A DNA stretch of 64,000 bases from an uncultured Phycisphaerales bacterium (GCA_963758525.1 CAVWVQ010000003.1:4640001-4704000); one strand, 5' to 3'. Shown: positions 10,263 to 20,901, counted from the first letter of the stretch. Translations and numbers: made by a program. Notes: generated from the sequence alone by a model not told the origin.

Positions 10263-11789
10263 ATGCCATCGGCCTCTCCCTGTGCTCTTATCATCTTTGG
10301 CGCCAGCGGTGATCTGGCCAAGCGAAAGCTTATTCCGGCGATTTACGAGCTGATGCGCGAGAAGCTGCTGGACGAGCATTTCGTCCTGGTCGGCTTCTCG
10401 CGATCGGCGATGAGCGACGAGGCGTATCGGGCCGAGTGTCGCGAGGCGGTCATGAAGTTCGCGCGCACCAAGCCTGTGGACGAGGCGATCTGGAAAAAGA
10501 TTGAATCGTCCACGTATTACGTGCAGGGAGATTACGGATCGGCCGACGATCACGCGAAACTGGCCGACAAGCTCGCCAGCCTTGATCGCGAGAAGGGGAC
10601 GGAGGGAAACCGTCTTTTCTATCTGTCGACGCCCCCCAATACCTTTGAGCCGATCATTACCTGCCTTGGCGAAAAACATAAGCCGGGCGGCGAGTCGAAG
10701 ATCTGGCAGCGCATCATCATCGAGAAGCCGTTCGGCCGCGATCTGGCCAGCGCCCGTTCGCTCAACAAGCTGCTGCACACCTACTTCGCCGAAGAGCAGG
10801 TATTCCGCATCGACCATTATCTGGGCAAGGAGACGGTGCAGAATCTGATGGTGATGCGGTTTGCCAATCTGATCTTCGAGCCGCTCTGGAATCATCGCTT
10901 CATCGATCATGTGCAGATCACCGTCAGCGAGACCCTGGGCGTCGGAACGCGCGGGGGGTATTACGACAAGAGCGGCGCAATGCGCGACATGATCCAAAAC
11001 CATCTGTTTCAGTTGCTGGCGCTGGTGGCGATGGAGCCGCCGGCGGCGCTGGACGCGGTCAGCATTCGCGACGAGAAGGTGAAGGTGTACAAAAGCATCC
11101 GACCCATCAAGCCGGAGAAGGCCGACGAATCCGCGATTCGGGGCCAATATGGCCCCGGCGAGGCAGCGGGGCAGAAGACCAGGGGATATCGCTCGGAAAA
11201 AGACGTCCCGCCCGGTTCGCGCACGGAGACATTCGTCGCCCTCAAGCTTTACATCGACAACTGGCGGTGGAGCGGCAGGCCGTTTTATCTGCGCACCGGA
11301 AAGTTTCTGCCAGACAAGGTGAGCGAGATTGTGGTGCGATTCCGGTCTCCGCCGCAGGCGCTGTTCCAGGCGCAGTGCGCAACCGCGTTGTACCCCAACG
11401 ATCTGATTATTCGTGTGCAGCCCGAGGAGGGCATCAGTTGGCGTCTCAACGGAAAAGTTCCCGGCGGGCAGATGAACATCAAGCCCGTCGAGCTCGACTT
11501 CCTCTACAAGAGCACCTTCAACGTGGAGCCGCCCGAAGCCTATGAGCGGCTGATTCACGACGCGCTCACCGGCGACCAGACCCTGTTCATCCGCGGCGAT
11601 GAAGCCGAAGCCGCATGGACCGTCATCGACCCGATTGAGAAGGGTTGGGCCGCGAGCAAGAATGAGCCGCAGGAGTATGCCCCGGGATCGTGGGGTCCCA
11701 AACGCGCGATGGATTTGATCGAAATGGACGGTCGCCGCTGGCTGCACAGCAGCGACGGGGCCGAGCCGGTTGTGGCGTGCGCGCTGTAA
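10263..11789 (+). CDS. zwf: Glucose-6-phosphate 1-dehydrogenase
   Basis: IFGASGDLA, IIEKPFG, RIDHYLGKE, RDMIQNH, DNWRW and AYERL motifs. Confidence 0.97.
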   Translation: MPSASPCALIIFGASGDLAKRKLIPAIYELMREKLLDEHFVLVGFSRSAMSDEAYRAECREAVMKFARTKPVDEAIWKKIESSTYYVQGDYGSADDHAKLADKLASLDREKGTEGNRLFYLSTPPNTFEPIITCLGEKHKPGGESKIWQRIIIEKPFGRDLASARSLNKLLHTYFAEEQVFRIDHYLGKETVQNLMVMRFANLIFEPLWNHRFIDHVQITVSETLGVGTRGGYYDKSGAMRDMIQNHLFQLLALVAMEPPAALDAVSIRDEKVKVYKSIRPIKPEKADESAIRGQYGPGEAAGQKTRGYRSEKDVPPGSRTETFVALKLYIDNWRWSGRPFYLRTGKFLPDKVSEIVVRFRSPPQALFQAQCATALYPNDLIIRVQPEEGISWRLNGKVPGGQMNIKPVELDFLYKSTFNVEPPEAYERLIHDALTGDQTLFIRGDEAEAAWTVIDPIEKGWAASKNEPQEYAPGSWGPKRAMDLIEMDGRRWLHSSDGAEPVVACAL

Positions 11790-11802
11790 ACGGCCGGCGT
11801 CT

Positions 11803-12210
11803 TTACACCAAGGCCTTGAATCGGACGTAGTCTGAAACGCCGCGGAAGCCGGCTTGCTTTGACGATTCTTCGAGCCTGGCTTTCTCTTCTGTTGTCAGTC
11901 GGACGTTCACTTGTTGATCGCGCAACGCTTCTGACGCTGGCGCAGGCGGCGATTGTCCATCCTCAATCATCATGGCAACCACGGCCGCGAACGCATCGCG
12001 CGTCTTTTCCACGCACTGGTCAGGCGTCGCTCCGTCGTTCATTGCCAGCGGCAACTCCAGACCACGGCCATACCACTCGCCATCTTCGAAATGAAGAATC
12101 ACCTGATACCTCGCCGCGATCTCGCGAGCGCGCGCCATGATCTTTGGATCAACCGGACGATCGATCGCCCCCGACGTTACCTTACGGGAGTTTTTGGATC
12201 TTGCGGACAT
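11803..12210 (-). CDS. HicB-like antitoxin with C-terminal ribbon-helix-helix domain
   Basis: YQVILHFEDGEWYGRGLELP...DGATPDQCV...MIEDGQSPPAP (HicB fold), then VNVRLTTEEKARLE...VSDYVR (RHH-like). Confidence 0.75.
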   Translation of the reverse strand: MSARSKNSRKVTSGAIDRPVDPKIMARAREIAARYQVILHFEDGEWYGRGLELPLAMNDGATPDQCVEKTRDAFAAVVAMMIEDGQSPPAPASEALRDQQVNVRLTTEEKARLEESSKQAGFRGVSDYVRFKALV

Positions 12211-12305
12211 AAACTGCTTTTACCTACCGAACGCAAGCAAGCAGAAGCCGCTTTCATTGCCGGCAGAATTCAGAATTCAACAGAGAAACGCCGAGCACGC
12301 GGTCA

Positions 12306-13568
12306 TCAATGCCGGCTGAGCATGATCGCGATCATGATGAGGTTCGCGATGACAGAAACGCCCGCGACTCCCGCCAGGATCAGGACGGTCGGCTCCTGCC
12401 AGATGCTGGCGGGAGCGGGGGATGACGGCGCCGGGGCGATGTCGACGGTTTTGCCCGATTCAATCTTCGTGAGCTGTTCCAGATCGACCGTGCGACGCGC
12501 GTGAATGGGGGGCTGGCCCGCGCGAACTGCCACGAGGTCGTCGAGCATGTCGGCGGTGCTGGCGTAACGATCGTCGCGCTTCTTCGCCATTGCCACTTCG
12601 ATAATCTCGCCGACGCCGGAACTGAGCGTCGTGATCAAATGATCAGGCGGCAGCAGGGGATCCTTCAGATGCTTGTGCATCACCGCGCTGGGCGTCGCGG
12701 CCTCGAACGGGGGCCGGCCCGTCAGCAGGTGATACAGCGTGGCGCCCAGCGAATAGATGTCGGCCCGGAAGTCGATATCCACGTCGCCGCGAATCTGTTC
12801 CGGGCTGATGTAGTAGGGCGTTCCGTAGGCCTTTCCAGCTTCGGACTCCGCCGCGGTTTTGTCGTCCTGCGCACGCGCCAGACCAAGGTCGGTCAGCTTG
12901 GCAACTCCCTGGGGCGTCAGGATGATGTTTTTCGGCTTCACGTCGCGGTGAATCAAGCCGCGCTGATGGGCATGCACCAGCGCCTCGGCCATCTGAATGG
13001 TGATGTCCAGCGACTCCGCCTCGGTGAATTGATGCGAGTCTCCCAGCGGCGGCGGCTGCATCATGTCGTACAGCGTCAGCCCCTCAATGTACTCCATCAC
13101 GAAAAAGTGATAGCTGTCCGGCGTCGATCCGACGTCGATTGCCTGCACGATGTTGTTGTGCGACAGGCGGGCGGCGGCGCGACCCTCCTGGTAAAAGCGA
13201 GCGACGAATTCCTTGTTCTCGCTCATCTTTCGCGGGAGAACCTTTACCGCGACGATGCGATCCAGCGAGATCTGACGTGCCTTGTAGACCGTCGCCATCG
13301 CCCCTTTGCCGCACTTGGTGATCAGTTGGTATCCGGGAATCTGCGACTGCTTGCGCTCATCGAACTGCCGCTTCAGACGCTTTGCCTGGTTGGCGGTGAT
13401 GAAGGAATTCTCAACCAGCAGGTCCGAGAGACTGCGCTGATTGGGATCCGAAGCCTGTTTCTGCTGCTCGCGGCAGTAGTCAATTTCGTTCTGAGTGGCA
13501 AGACCGGCATCGACCACGGCCTTGCCGATCTCGGTGTCTGCAGAGACGTTGGTTTCAGTCTGCGCCAT
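12306..13568 (-). CDS. Ser/Thr protein kinase with C-terminal TM helix
   Basis: GKGAMATV, VAVK, HRDVKPKN, DLG, GTPYYISPE and DIYSLG motifs; hydrophobic C-terminus. Confidence 0.95.
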   Translation of the reverse strand: MAQTETNVSADTEIGKAVVDAGLATQNEIDYCREQQKQASDPNQRSLSDLLVENSFITANQAKRLKRQFDERKQSQIPGYQLITKCGKGAMATVYKARQISLDRIVAVKVLPRKMSENKEFVARFYQEGRAAARLSHNNIVQAIDVGSTPDSYHFFVMEYIEGLTLYDMMQPPPLGDSHQFTEAESLDITIQMAEALVHAHQRGLIHRDVKPKNIILTPQGVAKLTDLGLARAQDDKTAAESEAGKAYGTPYYISPEQIRGDVDIDFRADIYSLGATLYHLLTGRPPFEAATPSAVMHKHLKDPLLPPDHLITTLSSGVGEIIEVAMAKKRDDRYASTADMLDDLVAVRAGQPPIHARRTVDLEQLTKIESGKTVDIAPAPSSPAPASIWQEPTVLILAGVAGVSVIANLIMIAIMLSRH

Positions 13569-13827
13569 TGCTACGGATAAAGACCGGCGAACCATGCCGC
13601 CGTTGTCGAACTCAAGCAGCGGGGGAGAGTTGAGAGTGATACTTCTGCTTCTGGAACGTACGTCTGGTTTGCCGTACTGTCAAGAAGACTTCTGGAATAG
13701 GGGATCACCCTAGCCGCAGTGACTGGCGACCTGCGGCGTTACAAGCTACGACAGATCCGCTTCCCCGCGCGGCGTCAATTTCGCCCATGCTGCCCGGTGT
13801 CTGATAATTGCGGTTCACGGATATTCT

Positions 13828-14598
13828 ATGCTCAGCAAACGGATCATTCCCTGTCTGGACGTCGATCGCGGCCGCGTCGTCAAGGGCATCAAATTCTTCG
13901 ATCACGTCGATGCCGGCGACCCGGTAGAGCAGGCTCGGCGGTATCAGGACGAGGGCGCCGACGAGTTGGTGTTCTACGACATCACTGCGAGCTTCGAGGG
14001 CCGCCAGATCATGGCAGATCTGGTTGCGCGCGTCATGGAAAACATTTTCATGCCGTTGACCGTTGGCGGCGGCATCAGGACGCTCGACGATGCCACCCGC
14101 CTGATCCAGGCAGGGGCGGAAAAAGTGAGCCTCAATTCGGCGGCTGTCAAAAATCCCGCGCTGCTTGCCGAGGTCGCCCGCAAGTTCGGACGGTGTGCGA
14201 CCGTGCTCGGGCTTGACGCCAACCGCATCATGCGCGACGGCCGGGAAATCTGGGAAGTCTTCGTGAACGGCGGACGAACTCCAACCGGCATCCGTGTGAT
14301 GGACTGGGTAAAGCAGGCCGAGCGACTCGGGGCGGGTGAGATCGTCCTCAACGTCATGAATGCCGACGGGACGACGAGCGGATACGACCTGGAGATGACG
14401 GCGGCGGTGAGTGACTCGGTAACAATTCCCGTCGTCGCCAGCGGCGGGGCGGGCTCGCCGCAACATATTCTCGACGTGCTCACGACCGGGCACGCCGACG
14501 CGGCGCTCGCCGCGAGCATCTTCCATTTCAAAACGCATTCGATCGGCGAAGTGAAACGATTTCTCGCCGGGCATGACGTGCCGGTGCGGTTGGTGTAG
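13828..14598 (+). CDS. hisF: Imidazole glycerol phosphate synthase cyclase subunit
   Basis: MLSKRIIPCLDV, GADELVFYDITAS, VGGGIR, PVVASGGAG and ALAASIFH motifs. Confidence 0.97.
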   Translation: MLSKRIIPCLDVDRGRVVKGIKFFDHVDAGDPVEQARRYQDEGADELVFYDITASFEGRQIMADLVARVMENIFMPLTVGGGIRTLDDATRLIQAGAEKVSLNSAAVKNPALLAEVARKFGRCATVLGLDANRIMRDGREIWEVFVNGGRTPTGIRVMDWVKQAERLGAGEIVLNVMNADGTTSGYDLEMTAAVSDSVTIPVVASGGAGSPQHILDVLTTGHADAALAASIFHFKTHSIGEVKRFLAGHDVPVRLV

Positions 14599-14607
14599 CG
14601 ACTATCG

Positions 14608-16209
14608 CTACGTCCCGCTCTGGTGAAACGTGATCGCATGCCCCAACAGCTTCGCCAGCATGGGCGCTTTGTTTCTCGCCCCCCAGATTTCCAGCTCCGC
14701 GTCGCTCTTGGAGTTCACCACGATATCGATCCGCTTCCGCCCGACCTTGGACTTCACTGACGACACGACGGCTCCGTGGCTGCGATCCAGCCCGTCAGCG
14801 ATGCGCAGCAGCACCGCGCCGATTTCAACAATCCTCTGCCCGTGCGGCGAAAGCCTGGCAAACTCCGCGTGCTTCTTCGCGGGGCCTGACTTGCGATGGT
14901 ATCGCGCGATGTTGCCGATGATGCGGATTTCGTTGCGGGTGAAATCCTTCAGATCGCCGTTGAGAATCAGATACATGCTGTGTTTGTGATGACGCTGGCG
15001 GGCGATGTGCCACCCGATGTCGTGCAGCAGGCAGCCGTACTCGATCAACTCGCGGGCGTCGGGACCCAGCCGATGGATCGGCGCGAGCTGATCGAACAGT
15101 TCGAGGCAGATGCGGGCCACCTGTTCGCTGTGCGATTGATGCCAGTGACAGCGCCGCCCCAGGTCCAGCACGCTCCGCCGGCGCGGGTCCGGGACCTCCC
15201 GCCGGATCGACAAATCCGGCAAATGCCTGGCAAGATAGTCCACCAGGATTCCCTCGCGCAGAGCGGATTTGCACAACTTCATCTCGTTCAGCGAGAGCCG
15301 TCGCAGCACTTCATTGACCAGCAGGGCCCCGGCCACAATCTGGTCCTTGCGCTGATCGTCCAGGCCGTTGATCGCGGCCCGATCTTTGGAGCGGCTTTCC
15401 AGCAAAGCCGCGACCAGACGCGACAGCGGCTCCTTCTCGATGACCGAGGGATCGCGTTTGGAATTGCGATCGTAAAATTCCGCGCACATCGCCGCGAGAT
15501 TCTCCAGCGTCCCGCTGGTGGCGATCGCGGCCACGGGTTTGAGGGCGAGCACGCTCTCGCAGAGCGGTCGAAGCTCGCGGTCGTAGTGATTCATCAGCGA
15601 CTTGAGGTCTTCGGCGCTGACCGGATCCGAAGAAATGTAGCGCGCCGTCATCCGAGCCGCGCCCAGTTTCCGGCTCTCCAGCAACTGCGGCTTAGTTCCG
15701 TCGGCGACGATGAATTCCACGCTCCCGCCGCCGACGTCCATGATGAAATTCGGCTGGTTGCCCAGTTCGATTGCATGGCGCACCCCCAGATAAATCAGTC
15801 TGGCTTCTTCGCGCGCGGAGACGACGCGCACCAGCAAGCCGAGCTCCCGCCGCACCCGCACGAGAAAATCGCCGCCGTTGATTGCCTCGCGGACCGCGCT
15901 GGTTGCGACGGCGAGGATTTTTTCGCATCCGCGGGAGCGCGCCGTGTCCTGAAACCGGCCCAGCGCCGCGACGGCCCGATCCATCGCCTCCTTTGATAGA
16001 CGCTGCGACGGAAAGCTCAGCCGCCCCAGCCCGACCATTTCCTTCATCCGCCACAGGGTCGTCACCGCGCCGTCGGCGTCAGCCTGTGCAATGACCATGT
16101 GCAGGCTGTTGGACCCGACATCGATCGCGGCGATGCGAAGCTCCGACGGCGGCTGATCCATTGTCGCGGGCGTTTTGGCCGGTTTTACGGAGATCGACGC
16201 TTTTGGCAT
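14608..16209 (-). CDS. ppx: Ppx/GppA exopolyphosphatase with HD domain
   Basis: AAIDVGSNS, ATSAVREA, EEARLIYLG, DVGGGSVE, ALREG, LLHDIG and ADGLD motifs. Confidence 0.92.
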   Translation of the reverse strand: MPKASISVKPAKTPATMDQPPSELRIAAIDVGSNSLHMVIAQADADGAVTTLWRMKEMVGLGRLSFPSQRLSKEAMDRAVAALGRFQDTARSRGCEKILAVATSAVREAINGGDFLVRVRRELGLLVRVVSAREEARLIYLGVRHAIELGNQPNFIMDVGGGSVEFIVADGTKPQLLESRKLGAARMTARYISSDPVSAEDLKSLMNHYDRELRPLCESVLALKPVAAIATSGTLENLAAMCAEFYDRNSKRDPSVIEKEPLSRLVAALLESRSKDRAAINGLDDQRKDQIVAGALLVNEVLRRLSLNEMKLCKSALREGILVDYLARHLPDLSIRREVPDPRRRSVLDLGRRCHWHQSHSEQVARICLELFDQLAPIHRLGPDARELIEYGCLLHDIGWHIARQRHHKHSMYLILNGDLKDFTRNEIRIIGNIARYHRKSGPAKKHAEFARLSPHGQRIVEIGAVLLRIADGLDRSHGAVVSSVKSKVGRKRIDIVVNSKSDAELEIWGARNKAPMLAKLLGHAITFHQSGT

Positions 16210-16694
16210 GTTGGTGATTCCTCGTTTGGAAGAGCAATACGAAGGTACGGCCTGGCAGCGCCCCCGTCCAAGATTTCCCGGCACGCCTCTGCAAGCTGCG
16301 CCCGTTCCCCGGGCCACAGAAACGTCCGATCGATCTGCTCGCGATGCACCCAGCGGCTCGCATCATGCTCATGATTCAGCGTGACGGGGGCATCGCGGCG
16401 CACGATCGCACAGAATCCGGGACAGTGCCACAACGTGTCGTCCCCGTGAAGATAAAAAATGTCGACGGTATCCAACTGGAAGAACTCCATGGGCGCGAGC
16501 CCCGTTTCTTCCTTCAATTCCCGCAGAGCCGCGCCCCAGGCGGTTTCGCCCGCCTCAATCTTTCCCCGCACCGTGGACCACGCTCCGCCCATGAATTCTC
16601 CCGGCGAGCGACGAAGTTGCAGAAATTCGCACAGCGATCCAGCCTCGCCGCAGCGAACGACAAAGCAGGCCACCATGTCGTGACGAACTTTCAT
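16185..16694 (-). CDS. NUDIX hydrolase
   Basis: Nudix box GKIEAGETAWGAALRELKEETG and LNHEH; its own ATG at 16694 overlaps the dprA stop. Confidence 0.88.
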   Translation of the reverse strand: MKVRHDMVACFVVRCGEAGSLCEFLQLRRSPGEFMGGAWSTVRGKIEAGETAWGAALRELKEETGLAPMEFFQLDTVDIFYLHGDDTLWHCPGFCAIVRRDAPVTLNHEHDASRWVHREQIDRTFLWPGERAQLAEACREILDGGAARPYLRIALPNEESPTCQKRRSP

Positions 16695-17837
16695 CGGGGC
16701 TTTCTTCGTGCGTATACCTGCCCGTGAACGCGCTGAATAACGCCCTTGAGCGTCAGATAGGTCAATTCCTGCAGGACGGTCTGGGCCGGCAGCGACGTGA
16801 CATCGATGATCCGATCCACGCTCGCCTCCTCGCCGCCGAGGCATTGAAGCATCCGCCGCTGCTGATCGGTGAAGCCGCCGTCGGTGATCGAAGGAGCGGT
16901 CTCGATGACTGCCACTGAAACCGGCTCGGCAGGCGGCGCAACGCCGGCGGAATCGGGCAATGGCGTCAACCCATCCAGAATGTCCTCCAGACAAGTCGTC
17001 AGGATCGCGCCGTCGCGAATGAGCCGGTGCGGTCCCACCGAAAGCGGATTGTCCACCCGGCCCGGCAGCGCGAAGACCGGCCGGCTCTGGTCGTCGTACG
17101 CCTGCGCGCACGGTGATCAGCGCGCCGCTGCGTTCATCGGCCTCGACGATGAGCACCCCGCGAGACATGCCGCTGATGATGCGATTGCGACGGGGGAAGT
17201 TTTCGCGGGCCGGCTCGGCGCCCATCGGATATTCGCTCACCACCGCGCCGCGGTTTGCAATGGCAGCAAAAAGCACGGCGTTCTCCGGCGGGTATGCAAC
17301 ATCGACGCCGCAACCGAGGATGGCGATCGTGCGTCCGTTGGGATGAGACAGCGCGCCGCGATGCGTCGCCGAATCGACGCCGCGGGCGCCGCCGCTCACG
17401 ACGGTCATTCCCGCCCCCGCCAGCAGCGCGGCAAAACGCTCGGCTTGTTCGCGTCCGTAAAAAGTGCATTTGCGGCTGCCAACGATCGCCAGCGCGTTCA
17501 GATCCCGCGGCTCCAGGGTTCCGCGCACGTACAGCACGCAGGGAGGATCGGGAATTTCCCGCAGCAGCAGGGGGTATGATGTGTCGTCAGGACAGATGAT
17601 TTGCGCGCCGGCTGCCGTCGCGGCGTGCAGTTCGGCATCCACTTCATGCGCTGACGCCCGCAGTGCGGCAGCGATGTGTCCGGCCCTGCCGGCGCCGATT
17701 CCCTCGACCGATTCGAGCAGCGCCGCATCAGCGCCGCAGGCGGCCTGGGCGCTCCCCGCCAGCGCAACCAGCCTGCGCGAAAGAACCGGGCCGATGCCCG
17801 ATGTCAGCGACAGTTGCAGCCAATGACGCAGACCCAA
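16691..17837 (-). CDS. dprA: DNA-processing protein DprA; one frameshift near 17105
   Basis: AIVGSR, VVSGGARGVD, YPPEN, FPRRNRIISG and SGALIT; continues as VFALPGRVDNPLSVGPHRLIRDGA plus a winged-helix tail in ORF 16691..17056. Confidence 0.92.
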
Positions 17838-17850
17838 CGTTCAACTCCTT

Positions 17851-18948
17851 TTAGAGAGTGCCCAATGATTGCAGCGCTGCGAGCGCGGCTTCCGCGGGCA
17901 CGTCATCGCGAATCACCACATGGCCGATCCGATCCGGCAAAATGAAGCGAATCCGGCCGCCGCGCACCTTCTTGTCGAAGATCATCGCATGGGCGACCGC
18001 ACGCGGATCGAGCTGCATGCCGCTGACGGGCAATCCTGCTTTGGCGATCACTCCCACGATCCGGCTCCGCGACTTTTCATCGAGCATTCCCAGATCGGTC
18101 GCCAGACGAGATGCAGCCACCATCCCCAGCGCAACACATTCGCCATGTGAATACGCATAGCGTGAGACGCTCTCGATCGCATGCCCGAACGTGTGCCCGA
18201 AGTTGAGGTGGGCACGCTCCCCTTTTTCAAAGGGATCGGCTTCCACGACCGATGCCTTGATTGCAACATTGTGCGCGACGAGCGCGGAGAGATAGGAAAT
18301 ATCCCGTTCGAGAGCACGGCTGATCTCCGATTCCAGGCGACCGAAGCCCTCGGCATCGCGGATGATCTCATGCTTGATGCACTCGGCAAGCCCCCCGCGC
18401 AGTTCGCGCGGCGGAAGTGTCTTCAGCGTGTCCGGATCGATCAGCACCGCGATCGGTTGATGGAATGCCCCGATCAGGTTCTTCCCCATCGCGTGGTTGA
18501 TTCCCGTTTTCCCTCCCACGCTCGCGTCCACCATCGCCAGCAGCGTCGTCGGCACCTGAATAAACGGCACGCCGCGCAGGAGCGTCGCCGCCACGAACCC
18601 GGTCATGTCGCCGATCACACCGCCGCCCAGCGCCAGGATCGGCGTGGTGCGTTCGACCTGATGATGCAGGATCGTGTCGTAAACGCCCGACAGGCCGGCA
18701 AGGTTCTTGTGATCTTCGCCGCAAGGGATTGTGGCAACGACCGCCTCGATATTGGCAGATCGCAGCGAGCGCGCCACCGAATCGGCATATACCGGGCCGA
18801 CATTTGAATCTGTGACGATGGCGGCTTTGGAAGCGCGCGTCAATCTCGCGACGACCGTGCCAATGTTCCCCAGAAGCCCCGGCTCAACGAGAACGTCGTA
18901 GCGCCGGCCTTCGACCGTTACCGGAACCGTATTCGCGTGAGCCGCCAT
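17851..18948 (-). CDS. aroB: 3-dehydroquinate synthase
   Basis: ALGGGVIGD, VPTTLLAMVDASVGGKTG, KNLIGAF, LNFGHTFGHAIE and HGECVALGM motifs. Confidence 0.97.
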   Translation of the reverse strand: MAAHANTVPVTVEGRRYDVLVEPGLLGNIGTVVARLTRASKAAIVTDSNVGPVYADSVARSLRSANIEAVVATIPCGEDHKNLAGLSGVYDTILHHQVERTTPILALGGGVIGDMTGFVAATLLRGVPFIQVPTTLLAMVDASVGGKTGINHAMGKNLIGAFHQPIAVLIDPDTLKTLPPRELRGGLAECIKHEIIRDAEGFGRLESEISRALERDISYLSALVAHNVAIKASVVEADPFEKGERAHLNFGHTFGHAIESVSRYAYSHGECVALGMVAASRLATDLGMLDEKSRSRIVGVIAKAGLPVSGMQLDPRAVAHAMIFDKKVRGGRIRFILPDRIGHVVIRDDVPAEAALAALQSLGTL

Positions 18949-19030
18949 CGGCCGCATTGTATCGACCGGGCGGCGCGGGTCACGCGCGAGCGTTGCTTTA
19001 GTCGCGGTTTCATAACCCGAGATTCGCCCA

Positions 19031-19113
19031 CCACGCCGAGTCTGAGGTACTCCGAAGGCTCGGATTGTCCGGCGTGCGATCCGGGCCTTCGGCGCACCTC
19101 AGACTCGGCGTGG
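19031..19113. repeat. Intergenic REP-like long hairpin
   Basis: CCACGCCGAGTCTGAGGTACTCCGAAGGCTCGGAT pairs with ATCCGGGCCTTCGGCGCACCTCAGACTCGGCGTGG. Confidence 0.8.
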
Positions 19114-19151
19114 GGTTGTGAAACGGGCTCCAGCGATCTTGAAACCGCTCC

Positions 19152-20087
19152 TCACGCCGGCTTGATCGTTACTTCCCCAAGCAACCGCTCGGCCTCTTCT
19201 CGCTGCAGATGACCGGCGTAGGGGGTCTCCGCATTGGCTGCGCCGCAGGCTGACGCGAGCGCGCATGCCTCGTGCAACGTCAATCCGCGGCGCAAACCAG
19301 CCGCCAGACCGGCAGCAAACGAGTCGCCGGAGCCAACAGCGCTGACGGCGCTGATCTTGGGCGAGGAGATGCGCCACAATCCGTTTTTGTCACCAGCGAG
19401 TGCCCCATCCTTTCCAAGCGTGATCACTATGGCATTTTCTGTTCTGACCGCGAGTTTGACCGCCTCGCGCAGCGAAGCGTCCGATTTGACCGGCACCTGC
19501 ATGCTCGAGCCGAATTCATCGCGGTTCAGCTTCGCGATGATCCCCTTTTGCTGCAGCATCTGCAGCAGCGGCTCACCCTGCACATCGGCGATGACGCGGA
19601 TGCCTTTGGCAAGCAGCATCGGCACCAGGCGTGCATACGCATCATCGGGGGTGCCCGGCGGCAGGGTTCCGGAGAACAGCCAGACGTCGCCCGCTGACGC
19701 CTCGTCGGCCAAATGCCTGAGCTTCGTTTCCAGTTGCTGCCAGGCAGCGGCGTCGACAGGCTGGGCTTCCTCAACAATCTCCGTCGCGGTGCCGTTGTAG
19801 CAATCGATCAGCGTGATGCACTGACGGGTATTCTGCTCGATCGATACAAAATCGTGACGGATCCCCGATTGCTGCAACTCTTCGAGCATGAGCCGGCCCC
19901 GGCTACCGCCCGCAAATCCAACGACGATCTCCTCCTCGCCCAGTTCCTTCAAGACGCGCGCGGCGTTGATCGCCTTGCCGGATGGATAATCATGCACGTC
20001 GGCCGTGCGATTCACCGCGTCAACAGTCAGCCGCGCCAGCACCATCGTGCGCTGATACACGGGAGTCGTTCCAATACAAACGATCAT
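19152..20087 (-). CDS. PfkB / 1-phosphofructokinase-family hexose kinase
   Basis: GKAINAARVL, SGTLPPG, KLNRDE, ITLGKDGA and SAVGSGDSF motifs. Confidence 0.92.
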   Translation of the reverse strand: MIVCIGTTPVYQRTMVLARLTVDAVNRTADVHDYPSGKAINAARVLKELGEEEIVVGFAGGSRGRLMLEELQQSGIRHDFVSIEQNTRQCITLIDCYNGTATEIVEEAQPVDAAAWQQLETKLRHLADEASAGDVWLFSGTLPPGTPDDAYARLVPMLLAKGIRVIADVQGEPLLQMLQQKGIIAKLNRDEFGSSMQVPVKSDASLREAVKLAVRTENAIVITLGKDGALAGDKNGLWRISSPKISAVSAVGSGDSFAAGLAAGLRRGLTLHEACALASACGAANAETPYAGHLQREEAERLLGEVTIKPA

Positions 20088-20575
20088 GCCATCTCCAGGT
20101 CAACAAGCATTTCCACAGTGCTGGGGCGAAAGCCGCAGCGTTTGAAGAGCGTTCGCGCCGGCGCGTTGTCCCACGCTGCGTGCAGCCGCACCTGGGACAC
20201 GCCGATCTGAGTGAACCGCTCGACGGCCAGGGTCACCATCTGTCGCCCGATCCCTTCATTGCGATATTCATTCTCGACCCACAGATCATGAATCAGGCCG
20301 AACTCCCGAAGCAGGTAAATCGGAATTTCCTTCTCAACGCTGCCGATTAAAAAACCTGCCAGCGAAGCACCCGCGACGTCTGCCCCAGGTTCGGCCACAA
20401 GAAACACGCTTCGCCCATCGGTCGCCCGATCCGTCAGCCATCGCTGATACATCTCACCGACGTCTTCGCGACAGGCATATCTCGAGGCATCGAGCGCTTC
20501 GTGAAACGCGGCAATCTTTCGCACCATCGGCACCACTGAAAGCACGTCTTCTGGTCTTGCCGGACGAACGGTCAT
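20084..20575 (-). CDS. GNAT family N-acetyltransferase
   Basis: DLWVENEYRNEGIGRQMV (motif A) and NAPARTLFKRCGF. Confidence 0.9.
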   Translation of the reverse strand: MTVRPARPEDVLSVVPMVRKIAAFHEALDASRYACREDVGEMYQRWLTDRATDGRSVFLVAEPGADVAGASLAGFLIGSVEKEIPIYLLREFGLIHDLWVENEYRNEGIGRQMVTLAVERFTQIGVSQVRLHAAWDNAPARTLFKRCGFRPSTVEMLVDLEMA

Positions 20576-20634
20576 GGCACGATTGTAGGGACGCCGAACA
20601 CGTTTCCAAGCTTTCCCCGCTGCGCTTCCCTGTG

Positions 20635-20778
20635 GGGGTGTGGCGCTCGAAAGTGGCGATCGGCTCCGAGTAGGGCGGGATTCATCCCGCCGATTTGTTG
20701 GCCGGCTGAGAAAACGGCGGGATGAATCCCGCCCTACGATCGCAAAATCTGCAATCGCCACAAATAAAAGTTACACCC
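20635..20778. repeat. 144-bp GTAG-type REPIN-like element, copy 1
   Basis: Contains GTAGGGCGGGATTCATCCCGCC (20670-20691) and its inverted copy (20716-20737). Nearly identical to the reverse complement of 52778-52921. Confidence 0.9.
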
Positions 20779-20790
20779 CCCTGTGGCATG

Positions 20791-20901
20791 CGTGGCATGG
20801 GTGTCCCGCCCATGCGAGCTGCGCGGAGCGTAAGAAACACCTCGATATCAGAAGTTTTCTCTCGTCGGCGTCGTTCGCATGGGCGGGACGACCATGCCAC
20901 G
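20791..20901. repeat. REP-like inverted pair overlapping the 3' end of the glpD-like gene
   Basis: CGTGGCATGGGTGTCCCGCCCATGCGA (20791-20817) and TCGCATGGGCGGGACGACCATGCCACG (20875-20901) are near reverse complements. Confidence 0.8.

Noticed and set aside
10245..11747. Long antisense ORFs opposite real genes (for example 500 aa opposite zwf, 378 aa opposite fusA, 387 aa at 42994)
   Set aside because: Shadow ORFs expected from high-GC codon bias; no recognisable motifs.
16185..17837. Apparent DprA-NUDIX fusion (550-aa ORF)
   Set aside because: Caused by the frameshift near 17105. The true DprA C-terminus is in ORF 16691..17056 and the NUDIX gene has its own coupled ATG.
20576..20761. N-terminal extensions of the GNAT ORF (and of the MPG ORF, 52650-52916)
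   Set aside because: They are translations of REP elements upstream of the likely starts.
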